Source: a virus (Duplodnaviria > Caudoviricetes). Taken from it: DNA of 34,179 nucleotides. The stretch covers positions 1 through 34,179 of the IMG/VR virus record IMGVR_UViG_3300025270_000040. One strand, written 5' to 3'. The position numbers and the translations under genes are program-made. Shown in pieces: positions 7,128 through 15,983 of the stretch; the first letter of the stretch is position 1, and every line of letters starts with the position of its first letter. The notes beneath the pieces were generated by a model that saw nothing but the letters and a program-made list of their open reading frames with translations, made no database searches and was not told where the DNA came from.

Positions 7128-8904
7128 GTTTGAAAGCATTTGGCTTTTCAGACATATCATCACCTAACGACCAGTCGAAATCCTCTTCTTCGAGGTCGCT
7201 GAACCTGCCTGTGGCAACGTGATACTGGAGCTTCTGTTGGCCTCGCTTTGCGATCCAGTGGAAACGACTTTTCCAGATATTCACTATCGGTTGGTTATCG
7301 TTGCCTTCCAAGAACAGAGAGATCCCCACGTCAGCTTTACTATTAAAACTGTGAGATCCCGAAATCGCATTCCCGTCCAGTGGCTTAGACTTCGCATCGT
7401 AAGGTTGCTTCGTTGGGTGAGCTACCAGGAAGGTGCTTAACTGATGAGCAGCACTGAAGCTGGTGATGCGTGAGAGCATCTCGCTGATGCCAAGATGCTC
7501 TGACTCATGTTTGGATTCCAAACAGTTATATGGATCAATCACCAGACCACTGACCGATTTTCTGAGTATCGCGCTCTTGGTCCGATCAATGATGCTTTGC
7601 AGAGTGGCAACCTCACCATCTAGATTCTCAAGAAACACAAAATGTTCATCGATCCATTGCATTGCGGTTCGCAATTCATCCTTGCTCATGCGCTCAGTCG
7701 GCCCCTCAAAAAAAGGCTTGCCGTTATAGAGGGAAGCGAGCTTCAACACAAAAATTTTCACGGGGGTTTCCATCGAACAAATGGCCCAGCGCATCCCGTG
7801 GAGCTTTGCCGTGTTGACTGCGAGTGCGGATATCCAGGTTGACTTGCCATGCCCAGGCATTCCAGTAACCACATACAAGCCTGGGGCAATGGTGATTAGA
7901 TCATCGAGAGAATCAAAACCAGTGCTCAGACCCTTCCCGGTTCCCCCAGCCTCATACAACTCCTGAACCTCATCGCTATAATCAGAAGCTCGGTAGACTC
8001 CAGCCAGCGGCATGGGGGTAGCGGCCTCAATAATCTCTTTTAGACGCCCTGGCCCCTCGGCACATAGCACAGCGTTGGCATCCTTCAGTTCCGTGGTGAA
8101 CTTCACCTCCCAGCATTTTCCCAAGCCAACACGCCGCCCAATTTCCTGCTTCAAAATATCGCCGGGACCGTCATGGTCGGTAGCTAAAATAATCTTGCTA
8201 CATGACTCCAGCAACTCTCTAGCTTCCCAGAGGTAATTGAACTTGGTGCCGTCGTCATTTCTAATGTGTTTCGCTGGTGCTCCATTGGGTACACTCACAA
8301 CCGCCATCTTGGTATCAGAGTCAGCAAAGGCTTGCGCCACTGAAAGACAATCGATTTCCCCTTCACATATCACCAAAGGCACATCCGTCATGTCCTCTGG
8401 CAGATTCTCAAGCCCGTAGAACGTCTGTGCTGCCCCGCTCTGGGTGAATGCCTTACCCTTCAGGGAGCGCCATTTCACGGCGCTAGGCTCCTCTGAGGAG
8501 CCGTAGACGAAGCCCATAGCCAATGCCTCGCCCTGTTTCTTGCCAAACCATCGGATATCGGTGACCACGCCGTACTTCCGATAGGTAGCCTCAGAAATCT
8601 TGCGAGACCCCATGAACTCCCGAAGCTCCCTGTCGTGAGTTGCCGAAGGCATTTCAATGACATTGGGTTGGCCTGGGGCTTTCAGGAATTCTTCAAGCTC
8701 ATCTCTAAGGCTTGCGGTTGGCGGCTTTGTAGATACTTTTCCAGCCGCTTCACAATGGAAGCAATGATATATTTTGTCAGGGCCATCAATCTTGACGGAA
8801 AGGGTCTTCTCTTTTGATTTTTTACGAGATCCTGAACAGGCGGGACAGAGAATGCGGGTGTCTTGAAAGCAGTTCATCACTGCAAGTTCTAGGTCGTCAA
8901 TCAT
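7123..8904 (-). CDS. T7 gp4/Twinkle-like DNA primase-helicase
   Basis: Zn finger CPAC…CFHC; TOPRIM motifs ICEGEID, SVPNGA, ATDHDGPG, KDAN; SF4 helicase motifs GMPGHGKS, VIDPYN, VAHP; GAGGAG RBS. Confidence 0.95.
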   Translation of the reverse strand: MIDDLELAVMNCFQDTRILCPACSGSRKKSKEKTLSVKIDGPDKIYHCFHCEAAGKVSTKPPTASLRDELEEFLKAPGQPNVIEMPSATHDRELREFMGSRKISEATYRKYGVVTDIRWFGKKQGEALAMGFVYGSSEEPSAVKWRSLKGKAFTQSGAAQTFYGLENLPEDMTDVPLVICEGEIDCLSVAQAFADSDTKMAVVSVPNGAPAKHIRNDDGTKFNYLWEARELLESCSKIILATDHDGPGDILKQEIGRRVGLGKCWEVKFTTELKDANAVLCAEGPGRLKEIIEAATPMPLAGVYRASDYSDEVQELYEAGGTGKGLSTGFDSLDDLITIAPGLYVVTGMPGHGKSTWISALAVNTAKLHGMRWAICSMETPVKIFVLKLASLYNGKPFFEGPTERMSKDELRTAMQWIDEHFVFLENLDGEVATLQSIIDRTKSAILRKSVSGLVIDPYNCLESKHESEHLGISEMLSRITSFSAAHQLSTFLVAHPTKQPYDAKSKPLDGNAISGSHSFNSKADVGISLFLEGNDNQPIVNIWKSRFHWIAKRGQQKLQYHVATGRFSDLEEEDFDWSLGDDMSEKPNAFKP

Positions 8905-8945
8905 TTCTCGGTCTCCTCGCTGGTGTCTTTTTCTCGAATTTTCAA

Positions 8946-9049
8946 TATAATCGCGTTGAGGTCCGGTTTGGTCACCTAACCTCGCTGGTCAGTTCCTCGC
9001 TGACAGAACCCCTGCCAGTCTTTCGGAGACTGGTGGGGGTTCTTTATTT
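8946..9049 (+). ncRNA. Candidate small antisense RNA with promoter -10 and terminator hairpin
   Basis: TATAAT 8946-51; CCTCGCTG copies at 8980 and 8995; 17-bp stem 9005-9043 whose G-U pairs work only on the + strand; followed by TTATTT. Confidence 0.45.
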
Positions 9050-9413
9050 CGATCTCCTTAATTATGATCTCGGATCGGGGATTCTCCCGGTCCAATCTCC
9101 AGAATAAATGTTGTTCCTTAACTTGTCTATCGTTCTTGAATAAATAATTCTGAGCCGAGTCGAGCAGGAGGCTGATATCCAGGTCGGGTCTCCTAGAGCC
9201 GTAGAAAACAGTGACCCACATAGCTAAATCACCCTCTAGCAAAGGGTCCAATATAGGGCATTGTGCTTGAAAATCAGTGACATAGCGTCTTGCTGGGGCG
9301 CTCTTGATAAACCTTGGTTTGCCCCCAATAGTAACTAGCTTGCGGCTATTCGCCTTGCTATAGGGCTGTCCTTGGACGGTAATAGACACTACTCGCTGTT
9401 CTTTGCTATGCAA
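8976..9413 (-). CDS. rusA: RusA-family Holliday junction resolvase
   Basis: GQPYSKANS, RRPDLD…LLDS, NDRQV acidic catalytic pattern; start codon uncertain. Confidence 0.85.
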   Translation of the reverse strand: MHSKEQRVVSITVQGQPYSKANSRKLVTIGGKPRFIKSAPARRYVTDFQAQCPILDPLLEGDLAMWVTVFYGSRRPDLDISLLLDSAQNYLFKNDRQVKEQHLFWRLDRENPRSEIIIKEIEIKNPHQSPKDWQGFCQRGTDQRG

Positions 9414-9431
9414 CTAGATAACCTGTATAGT
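9403..9431 (+). promoter_or_regulatory. Putative sigma70-type promoter for the rightward recombination operon
   Basis: TTGCTA-17 bp-TATAGT at an AT-rich divergent junction. Confidence 0.65.
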
Positions 9432-9473
9432 CGAAAATTGAAATAGTAAACAAAGCTACTAAATGGAGAGGAT

Positions 9474-9740
9474 ATGAAGATCGAGCGCGGCATACCTATG
9501 CCTTCTAGGCTAAGTGATCGTGTGGAGGTTGGGCCTCTGCCCCTTAGCGAAATGAAGGTAAACGAGTCAGTCCGAGTGGACGCGAAAAATGGTCGTGAAT
9601 TGGAGCGGAAGTACAATTCGTGTCGCATAAGGTGTCAGAGATTCTCACGGAAACACCCTCATATCAAATTCAAAATAGCGAAAGATTCGGATTCTAAGGG
9701 TCAATATCTTCGCATCTGGCGGGTATCGCGTGCCAATTAG
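9474..9740 (+). CDS. Small basic putative DNA-binding protein, paralogue of 12566..12826
   Basis: IERGIPMP…KVNESV…RIWR pattern; GAGAGG RBS. Confidence 0.8.
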   Translation: MKIERGIPMPSRLSDRVEVGPLPLSEMKVNESVRVDAKNGRELERKYNSCRIRCQRFSRKHPHIKFKIAKDSDSKGQYLRIWRVSRAN

Positions 9741-10641
9741 AAACGATCTGGGGCTGCTGGAGCCTATCTATCAGGCTCTCGCGCATGATTCCTACGACTC
9801 TGGTGGCGCTGATATCACGCCTACCGCATGGATCGATAGCCCTCGAATCGTACAGCTAAAGAAGGCTCATAAGGACGAGATCGAAGAATCTGTAAGCAAA
9901 CTCGCCTTCAGCGCCCTTGGTACCGGCTTCCATCATGTAATGGAGAAATCTACAGGTGATGATGATGGGGTTGTTAAGGAGGAGCGCATCTTCTGGGACC
10001 ACCCAAGCGGCCCAAGAACCTCTGGTGCTCCCGACATTAGAATTCTCAAAGACGATGGCACCTGGCAGGTTGCCGATTACAAAGTCACATCAGTCTACAA
10101 CGCCATGTTCCCCCAGAAACCAGCTTGGGTACAACAACTCAACAGCTACGCATATTTGCTGAAAAAGGCCAAGGACATTGAGGTGTCAGAGCTTTTCGTT
10201 CTAGCGATGCTGCGCGATTGGAGGTCTTCTGACGTTGGGAGGCCCAACTACCCTGAAGCACCCATCGTGCAGATGCCCATACCGCTATGGGAGTGGGAAG
10301 ATATCGAGTCTTTTGTTGATGGGCGCATTGCTCTTCACCAACAAGCGTCCTACTCCGCCTTCATAGGCGAGGAGCTTCCCCTATGCACCGCAGAGGAGAT
10401 GTGGGAGCGCCCGGAGAAGTTCGCAGTGATGAAGTCTGCGAGTCACAAACGCGCCAGCAGATTGCTGGACTCAATGGAAGAGGCTATCGAATGGGCTTCT
10501 GACCCGACCAATGGCATGGACAGTAAACACGTTATCGAACATCGCCCTGGCAAACGGGTGCGGTGCAAGGATTGGTGTGAAGTCGCACCGTTTTGCAATC
10601 AGTACAAAGCATACCTGGAGCAGAACAATGACGATTTTTGA
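9730..10641 (+). CDS. PD-(D/E)xK Cas4/RecB-like exonuclease
   Basis: GTGFHHVME, GAPD…ADYK, QLNSYAYL and C-terminal Cys cluster (C…CKDWC…FC). Confidence 0.85.
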   Translation: MPIRNDLGLLEPIYQALAHDSYDSGGADITPTAWIDSPRIVQLKKAHKDEIEESVSKLAFSALGTGFHHVMEKSTGDDDGVVKEERIFWDHPSGPRTSGAPDIRILKDDGTWQVADYKVTSVYNAMFPQKPAWVQQLNSYAYLLKKAKDIEVSELFVLAMLRDWRSSDVGRPNYPEAPIVQMPIPLWEWEDIESFVDGRIALHQQASYSAFIGEELPLCTAEEMWERPEKFAVMKSASHKRASRLLDSMEEAIEWASDPTNGMDSKHVIEHRPGKRVRCKDWCEVAPFCNQYKAYLEQNNDDF

Positions 10642-10894
10642 TCTCGATCAATCGATCACTGTCGAATTTCGCGGTGGTGTTGATGAAATTGAAAAGAAAA
10701 TGCTGGGTCTCTGGGCTGATCCGAGGTTCAAAGAGGCCAACGTGGGGATGCGCCTAATAAATGAGCATGTCGTAGTCATGATGGGACAAAGAATCGTCAC
10801 TGAAATTCCGTTTGCTCTATTTGAAAAGCTGGCAGTCAAGGAGCTTGCAGATATCATCATCAACCAAGTGAAGTACAAATATAACTCGTCTTGA
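10628..10894 (+). CDS. Hypothetical protein (start revised to ATG 10628)
   Basis: GGAG RBS before 10628; overlaps the nuclease stop. Confidence 0.65.
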   Translation: MTIFDLDQSITVEFRGGVDEIEKKMLGLWADPRFKEANVGMRLINEHVVVMMGQRIVTEIPFALFEKLAVKELADIIINQVKYKYNSS

Positions 10895-10904
10895 AGGAGA
10901 CAAA

Positions 10905-11705
10905 ATGAGCAGCGAGGAAATGACCTATCAAAACATCTGGAACACACTCAGCAGTGTGGACTGCAATGAACACACCGATAAAAAAGGTGGCCTGACTTAC
11001 CTGTCATGGGCTTGGGCATGGGGAATCCTGATGGAACACTACCCCATGGCGACTTTCGAGTTTAGTGATAACGAAGCCCATGCCGATGGCAGCATGACGG
11101 TCCACTGCACCGTCACTATTGGCGAATGCCAGCGGTCTATGTGGTTGCCCGTAATGGATTACAAGAACGCCGCAATCAAATCGGCCAACAGCAGGGACAT
11201 CTCTGATAACAAGATGCGCTGCCTGACCAAAGCGTTGGCGCTTTTCGGGCTTGGGCACTATATTTTTGCGGGTGAAGACACCGTGAATGCTGGCTCAAAT
11301 GCACAGACCGTCAAGGCACAGGCTGAGAAGCCACCTCCTGCTAAAGCAAAACCCAAACCACCTTTGCCTCTGGAGGCGCGCATGTCAAAACAGAAAGAGC
11401 TAGTAGCTGGTGCTACTCCAGATAACATAACCAACGTGATGGATTTTGTATTCCGAACCATTTTCCATTTTGCACTGCCGCCTGAAGGAACAGAGCAAAA
11501 AGAAGGTGCCCCGGAAACAGTCGCAGGGTGGATCGACCAGTTCACCAGTAGCAACGGCAACAAAAAGACCTTGGTCGAACTTTACAATGCCGGATTCAAA
11601 GAAGAGGTTCAGGCGTTGAATAAACGTCTGGACAAAATTCGTTCTCTTGAAATAGAGGAACTTTATCAATTACTGCGAGAGCAGAAGGAGAAAGAGAATG
11701 GCTGA
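10905..11705 (+). CDS. sak: Sak/DUF1071 Rad52-like single-strand annealing protein
   Basis: LTYLSWAWAW, MWLPVMD and MRCLTKALALFGLGHYIFAGED are Sak hallmarks. Confidence 0.92.
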   Translation: MSSEEMTYQNIWNTLSSVDCNEHTDKKGGLTYLSWAWAWGILMEHYPMATFEFSDNEAHADGSMTVHCTVTIGECQRSMWLPVMDYKNAAIKSANSRDISDNKMRCLTKALALFGLGHYIFAGEDTVNAGSNAQTVKAQAEKPPPAKAKPKPPLPLEARMSKQKELVAGATPDNITNVMDFVFRTIFHFALPPEGTEQKEGAPETVAGWIDQFTSSNGNKKTLVELYNAGFKEEVQALNKRLDKIRSLEIEELYQLLREQKEKENG

Positions 11706-12072
11706 TAAGTACCCGAAAACCAAACAGGGCGGCCTTTGGAAAAACGATACTGCCACCCCTGAAAACAAGCAACCGCCCTACAGGGGGCACCTCGTCGTCA
11801 CTGAAGAAATGCTGAAAACGCTCGTTGTTCTGATGCGGAACAATGCTTGGGAAAAGTCTGGGCAGAGTCCAGATCTGGGTCCGAGAATCAATCTGGCAGC
11901 TTGGCTCAACACCGCCAAGGAAAGCGGTGATAAATATTTCGGCATCAACGGGGATGTGTATTACCCAAAAGAGTACAACCATCTATTCGATGGCAGTGAA
12001 GAGACTCCTGCTGCCCCTGCTGCCCCTGCGCCGAAAGTTGAAAAACCAGACGATGATGATTTCCCGTTTTGA
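11698..12072 (+). CDS. ssb: Phage single-stranded DNA-binding protein
   Basis: GLWKN…QPPYRG…LAAW core, Pro/Ala linker, acidic DDDDFPF tail; follows sak. Confidence 0.8.
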   Translation: MADKYPKTKQGGLWKNDTATPENKQPPYRGHLVVTEEMLKTLVVLMRNNAWEKSGQSPDLGPRINLAAWLNTAKESGDKYFGINGDVYYPKEYNHLFDGSEETPAAPAAPAPKVEKPDDDDFPF

Positions 12073-12421
12073 TTCGACATCAACTCGGCTTGATGAGATG
12101 CGACAGCAAGTCTCAGCCTTCCATGCTAGACACCCGGAAGTCTGGGGCTTGTTTGTCCAGTTCACGATAGAAAAGATAAACCAGGGATTTAAGAATTATT
12201 CAGCCAGGGGAATCTTTCATCGAATTCGATGGGAAACCGATCAGCCAAACTACATGGAGGGATGCGAGTTTAAGCTGAACGATCACTACTCGCCCTTCTA
12301 TGCTAGGAGATTTATGAGAATGTACCCACAGCACGATGGATTCTTCAGAACAAGACGACAGACAAGCCAGGAAGACTACCCATCTCAAATGGCACCTCTG
12401 GTCCCGAGAGACTATTTGTGA
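12053..12421 (+). CDS. Conserved-looking phage hypothetical protein (start 12053 or 12098)
   Basis: FHARHPEVW…YSARGIFHRIRWE…FKLND…FYARRF pattern. Confidence 0.7.
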   Translation: MMISRFDSTSTRLDEMRQQVSAFHARHPEVWGLFVQFTIEKINQGFKNYSARGIFHRIRWETDQPNYMEGCEFKLNDHYSPFYARRFMRMYPQHDGFFRTRRQTSQEDYPSQMAPLVPRDYL

Positions 12422-12573
12422 GTCATTATTCTGTAATTCCTGAACTACCACTTGATCCTCCAGACCACTGGTCATGCGAGGAATGCGGTAAGCATTTCTA
12501 TCCCGAAGCCTACAAAGAGCCACAAACCGATGAGCCTGTCCTTTGTTACGACTGCAAGAACTTCCATGACTAA
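12418..12573 (+). CDS. 51-aa Zn-ribbon protein (CEEC…CYDC), absent from the ORF track
   Basis: GTGA overlap with the upstream stop; two CxxC motifs; overlaps the next start. Confidence 0.7.
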   Translation: MSHYSVIPELPLDPPDHWSCEECGKHFYPEAYKEPQTDEPVLCYDCKNFHD

Positions 12574-12826
12574 CTCTCTTCCGAAAATTGATAAAGGCGT
12601 ACCGCTACCTGTTGCTCGATTCGATGAGGGACATCCCTTTGCTGTGCTTAGGAAGCTGAAGCCTGGAGACAGTGTGTTTTTCCGTGGGGTGATCGCTGGC
12701 AGTAACGCTTACAAGGTGCTGTCCAACCGGATGTCATACCTGAAAAACACCTTGGGATTCATGCTCACCGCGAGATCAGTTGTTGAGGATGGATCGAAGG
12801 GAGTTCGAGTATGGAGGAGAGCATGA
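12566..12826 (+). CDS. Small putative DNA-binding protein, paralogue of 9474..9740 (start revised)
   Basis: IDKGVPLP…KPGDSVF…GVRVWR. Confidence 0.8.
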   Translation: MTNSLPKIDKGVPLPVARFDEGHPFAVLRKLKPGDSVFFRGVIAGSNAYKVLSNRMSYLKNTLGFMLTARSVVEDGSKGVRVWRRA

Positions 12827-13032
12827 GCGCCAGTGACAGGCAGGTCGGCGGTGACCACTACAAAGACTTAGAAATTCAGCCGCTCGAGTTCATTGAACGT
12901 AACGGCCTTGGATATGGGGTAGGGAATGTCATCAAATATCTGTGCCGATACAAAAGCAAGGGCGGCATCGAGGATTTGCAGAAGGCAAGTCACTACATAG
13001 ATTTGCTTATTGATTTGGAGAAAGGAAAGTGA
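12823..13032 (+). CDS. DUF3310 (SaV / T7 gp1.7-like) protein
   Basis: QVGGDHYK…GNVIKYLCRY…KGGIEDLQKA.HYI signature. Confidence 0.9.
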   Translation: MSASDRQVGGDHYKDLEIQPLEFIERNGLGYGVGNVIKYLCRYKSKGGIEDLQKASHYIDLLIDLEKGK

Positions 13033-13409
13033 GACTTACTGAGTACATTGTCAGCACCGCAAAGCCAGCAGAAAAACTCAAAAAGATATTTGATAGCGGA
13101 GGCTTGTATCTTGCTGTCTACCCTTCGGGATCGAAAGTCTGGAGACAGAAATATCGTTACGGTGGGAAAGAGAAAACTCTTACCCACGGAAGATACCCTA
13201 CTACCTCTCTGGAGCAGGCCAGAGAGCGTTGCGCTGAGGCGAGACGATTGCTGGCAAACGATCTTGACCCCAGCGTTCTCAAAAAGTCCCTGAAAAAACT
13301 GAAGCGCGATATGTCTAACCGACGTATCACTGATCCACAAGACGATAGGCTCCTAAAACTTTATATCGCTGCTATCAAAGAAGTTCTTATGAAAGAGGCG
13401 AAAAAATGA
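13029..13409 (+). CDS. Stand-alone P4-type integrase arm-DNA-binding domain (DUF4102-like), no catalytic domain
   Basis: AKP…DSGGLYLAVYPSGSKVWRQKYRYGGKEKTL..G.YP..SL.QAR…DP; ORF ends after 126 aa. Confidence 0.9.
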   Translation: MRLTEYIVSTAKPAEKLKKIFDSGGLYLAVYPSGSKVWRQKYRYGGKEKTLTHGRYPTTSLEQARERCAEARRLLANDLDPSVLKKSLKKLKRDMSNRRITDPQDDRLLKLYIAAIKEVLMKEAKK

Positions 13410-14506
13410 TGCTAATTTGGCACTGTTACTCTGAATCAGACTCACCGTCGTGGCGCGTCAAGCACCTGACTCCATACAAGATTACTTTTTACATAACTGA
13501 CGTACAGGAATCTCTGGCGGTCAAGCTGGGCATATCCGTCAAAGAATATGCAGGAAAACTCGCACAGGAAAAAATAAAAACTTTAGAGGAAGAAGCTAAA
13601 CAATCAGGAATCTCTCTGTGGCAGCGCATAGAGACATTGAGTTTGGAAGAAACAATGGCGCTACAGATGGAAGCAGAAAATGATGTTCATCTGGAAACGA
13701 TGGAAACGATGACCGGAAAGCCTTTGCCTGAAACCTATGTCCAGGCACAACTCAGGTACATAAAAAAATTCATTTCCGCACACAAGCCAGAGGTCAGGGA
13801 ACACCTTTACAGCCTCGGTCTGCTCAAGTCGAAAAAGAAACGCCTGGCGGTTCCCCGCAATGATGAAGCCTATGAACAGCTTTTGAGTTGGTTTCTCCAC
13901 TGCATCGACCGCGGAGAAGGTGATTTTGTTTTGAACTATGGTCACGTCCCCTATGATGGGCACGGAATTTATTTCCGAGGCGATGATAACGGAGAAAGAC
14001 GAAGACCTCTCTGGCCCGAATTGAGTCTGAAAATCAGTGGTAGCGATTCCGCAACCGGGAGCGAGACTCCGTTTTCTTTACCAGTCTACTACTTCCCGCA
14101 TTTCCTGAAGGAGTGCATCAGCGCCAGGGTGGATGATTTCTCAGGTGAGAAAGAACCTGCCATAGAGCTGGATATCTGCGGTGAAAAAGGGCATGAGGTT
14201 TGGGAAACGCTTTTTGACGGCAAGAAGGATTTTGGGGAACTGAGAAAGATTCCCGGCTTCATCGAAAGAGGGTTCATCAATAAATATATCCGGGATTGTA
14301 TTGATGGCTGTCAGAAAGACCTAGACCTCGAAATAATCAAACACGCAATCCTCACCTGCAAAAGTCTGGAATCTATAAGGAGCTACCCCAGACTGAGATC
14401 CGTGGGTGAGTCTATTCTGTGTGGTGATGTTTCTGAGAACGATACAATGTTTATCTACTATGCCATGTCGCTGTGGGGAAGAATGAAAAGTACTTCACTG
14501 AGGTAG
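13406..14506 (+). CDS. Hypothetical protein with N-terminal extension, paralogue of 3896..4606
   Basis: Shared sequence blocks; ATGA overlap. Confidence 0.8.
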   Translation: MMLIWHCYSESDSPSWRVKHLTPYKITFYITDVQESLAVKLGISVKEYAGKLAQEKIKTLEEEAKQSGISLWQRIETLSLEETMALQMEAENDVHLETMETMTGKPLPETYVQAQLRYIKKFISAHKPEVREHLYSLGLLKSKKKRLAVPRNDEAYEQLLSWFLHCIDRGEGDFVLNYGHVPYDGHGIYFRGDDNGERRRPLWPELSLKISGSDSATGSETPFSLPVYYFPHFLKECISARVDDFSGEKEPAIELDICGEKGHEVWETLFDGKKDFGELRKIPGFIERGFINKYIRDCIDGCQKDLDLEIIKHAILTCKSLESIRSYPRLRSVGESILCGDVSENDTMFIYYAMSLWGRMKSTSLR

Positions 14507-14525
14507 TATTTTAAGGAAAAAAACA

Positions 14526-14705
14526 ATGCAGTGTTCTTGCGGCGGAGAGATGAAAAATCACAAGATACAGAAGCGCCTTCAGGTCGTGGCCGAATTCCAG
14601 TCCTGCAAAAGTTGTGGCAGAGTCCACTGGATGTGGGCTGGGCCTGAGATCGACAGAACAGAATATCCGCTGGCTCCTGAGTTCGTCACTGAGGTAGAAC
14701 AATGA
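14526..14705 (+). CDS. 59-aa Zn-ribbon protein (CSCG…CKSCG), absent from the ORF track
   Basis: AAGGA RBS; ATGA overlap with the 14702 start. Confidence 0.7.
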   Translation: MQCSCGGEMKNHKIQKRLQVVAEFQSCKSCGRVHWMWAGPEIDRTEYPLAPEFVTEVEQ

Positions 14706-15519
14706 CCCAATCCAAACCAGCAGTCCATATTATCAGTCTGGGTGCTGGAGTGCAGAGCAGCACGATGGCGTTGATGTTCGCCAAAGGCGAATTAACTCCG
14801 ATGCCTGACGGGGCTATATTTGCCGACACAGGGGCAGAACCACAGTATGTTTATGATTGGCTGGATTGGCTGGAAACCCGGTTACCTTTTCCTGTCCATC
14901 GAGTGATGCACAAAGAAGGCTTACAGGAAAGCATCACTGAAAACCTGGAAGATGGAAAATTTGTCAGCGTTCCATTTTTCACAGAAAGCATCAGTGGGGG
15001 GGGCTGTTGCGCCGCCAGTGTACGAGGGAGTTCAAGCTCTTGCCCTTGACTAAAAAAATCAGGGAATTAGTTGGCCTAAAATATCGTCAGAAAGCGCCGA
15101 AAAAAATACTGGCTGTTTCATACATAGGCATTTCGCTGGATGAGAGTATCCGCATGAAGCCTTCAAGAGAACACTGGATTAAGCATGAATGGCCTCTAGT
15201 TGATAACAGAATGAGGCGTTTGGATTGTCTCGCATGGATGCAAAAAAATGGCTATCCAGAACCGGGACGGTCAGCTTGCACATTTTGTCCCTACCACTCT
15301 GACAAAGAATGGAGTGATCTTAAAAACAATCATCCAGAAGATTTCCAAAGTGCCGTTAAAATCGACGAGATGATACGGGATGGGGTGCGAGGGACGAAAG
15401 AAAAACTCTATCTCCACAGGAGTCTCGTTCCTCTAACTGATGCTGATTTTGCTACGCCAGAAGATAGGGGCCAACTGACGATGTTTAACGATGAGTGCGA
15501 GGGGATGTGTGGGGTGTGA
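14702..15519 (+). pseudogene. PAPS-reductase-like (PP-loop, Cys-rich) protein split by a frameshift at G8 (14996-15003)
   Basis: N-half SLGAGVQS and FADTGAEP; C-half RQCTREFK, RSACTFCPY, ECEGMC; one extra G gives a continuous 272-aa ORF. May be a sequencing error. Confidence 0.85.
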
Positions 15520-15520
15520 A

Positions 15521-15973
15521 ATGAAATCAGAGGAATTTGGTGCTGAAAAATCTAAAGAATTACACGAATGGGTATTCACCTCAGAACATACCGAAGTAGT
15601 AGATAAATTCTTTGATGAAGAGGGCAAATTTAACCCAGAAATGTTCGCCGCAAAAACTTCTCAGCGGAAGGCGAAGGGGAAGGGGTTTTTGATACCTTGC
15701 ACGCTGAAAGAACTAATGTCCGTCTACTCCAAAATTGGAATGACACTAGAGTACGGTCTAATAAACTGGTATGCAAAGGTATGGAACTATGAAGAATGCC
15801 CAAATGAATTGGCTAAAGAGGTTACTGCGCGGCTCGCGCCAGTCTTTGAGATGGAAAAGATTGAAATAAAATTCATAGAATCATGGTCATCCATGTGGGA
15901 CGTAGAGTTTGAAATAAGAAATATCAGTGAGCAGTATTGCCCTGAAGAAAAACCATCTCCTAGAGTGTTTTGA
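15521..15973 (+). CDS. Hypothetical protein (start revised to ATG 15521)
   Basis: Starts 1 nt after the upstream stop. Confidence 0.7.
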   Translation: MKSEEFGAEKSKELHEWVFTSEHTEVVDKFFDEEGKFNPEMFAAKTSQRKAKGKGFLIPCTLKELMSVYSKIGMTLEYGLINWYAKVWNYEECPNELAKEVTARLAPVFEMEKIEIKFIESWSSMWDVEFEIRNISEQYCPEEKPSPRVF

Positions 15974-15983
15974 GAAGGATAAA

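Noticed and set aside
9730-10641. Cas4 as evidence of a CRISPR system
   Set aside because: Sits with sak and ssb in a standard phage recombination module.
13029-14506. Frameshifted full integrase, implying a prophage
   Set aside because: The downstream ORF shows no tyrosine-recombinase catalytic motifs and is a paralogue of 3896..4606; no att site or host flank is visible.
14702-15519. cysH sulfur-assimilation auxiliary metabolic gene
   Set aside because: Only the PP-loop fold and Cys motifs are shared; I do not see the canonical CysH C-terminal ECGLH motif, and no other cys genes are present.
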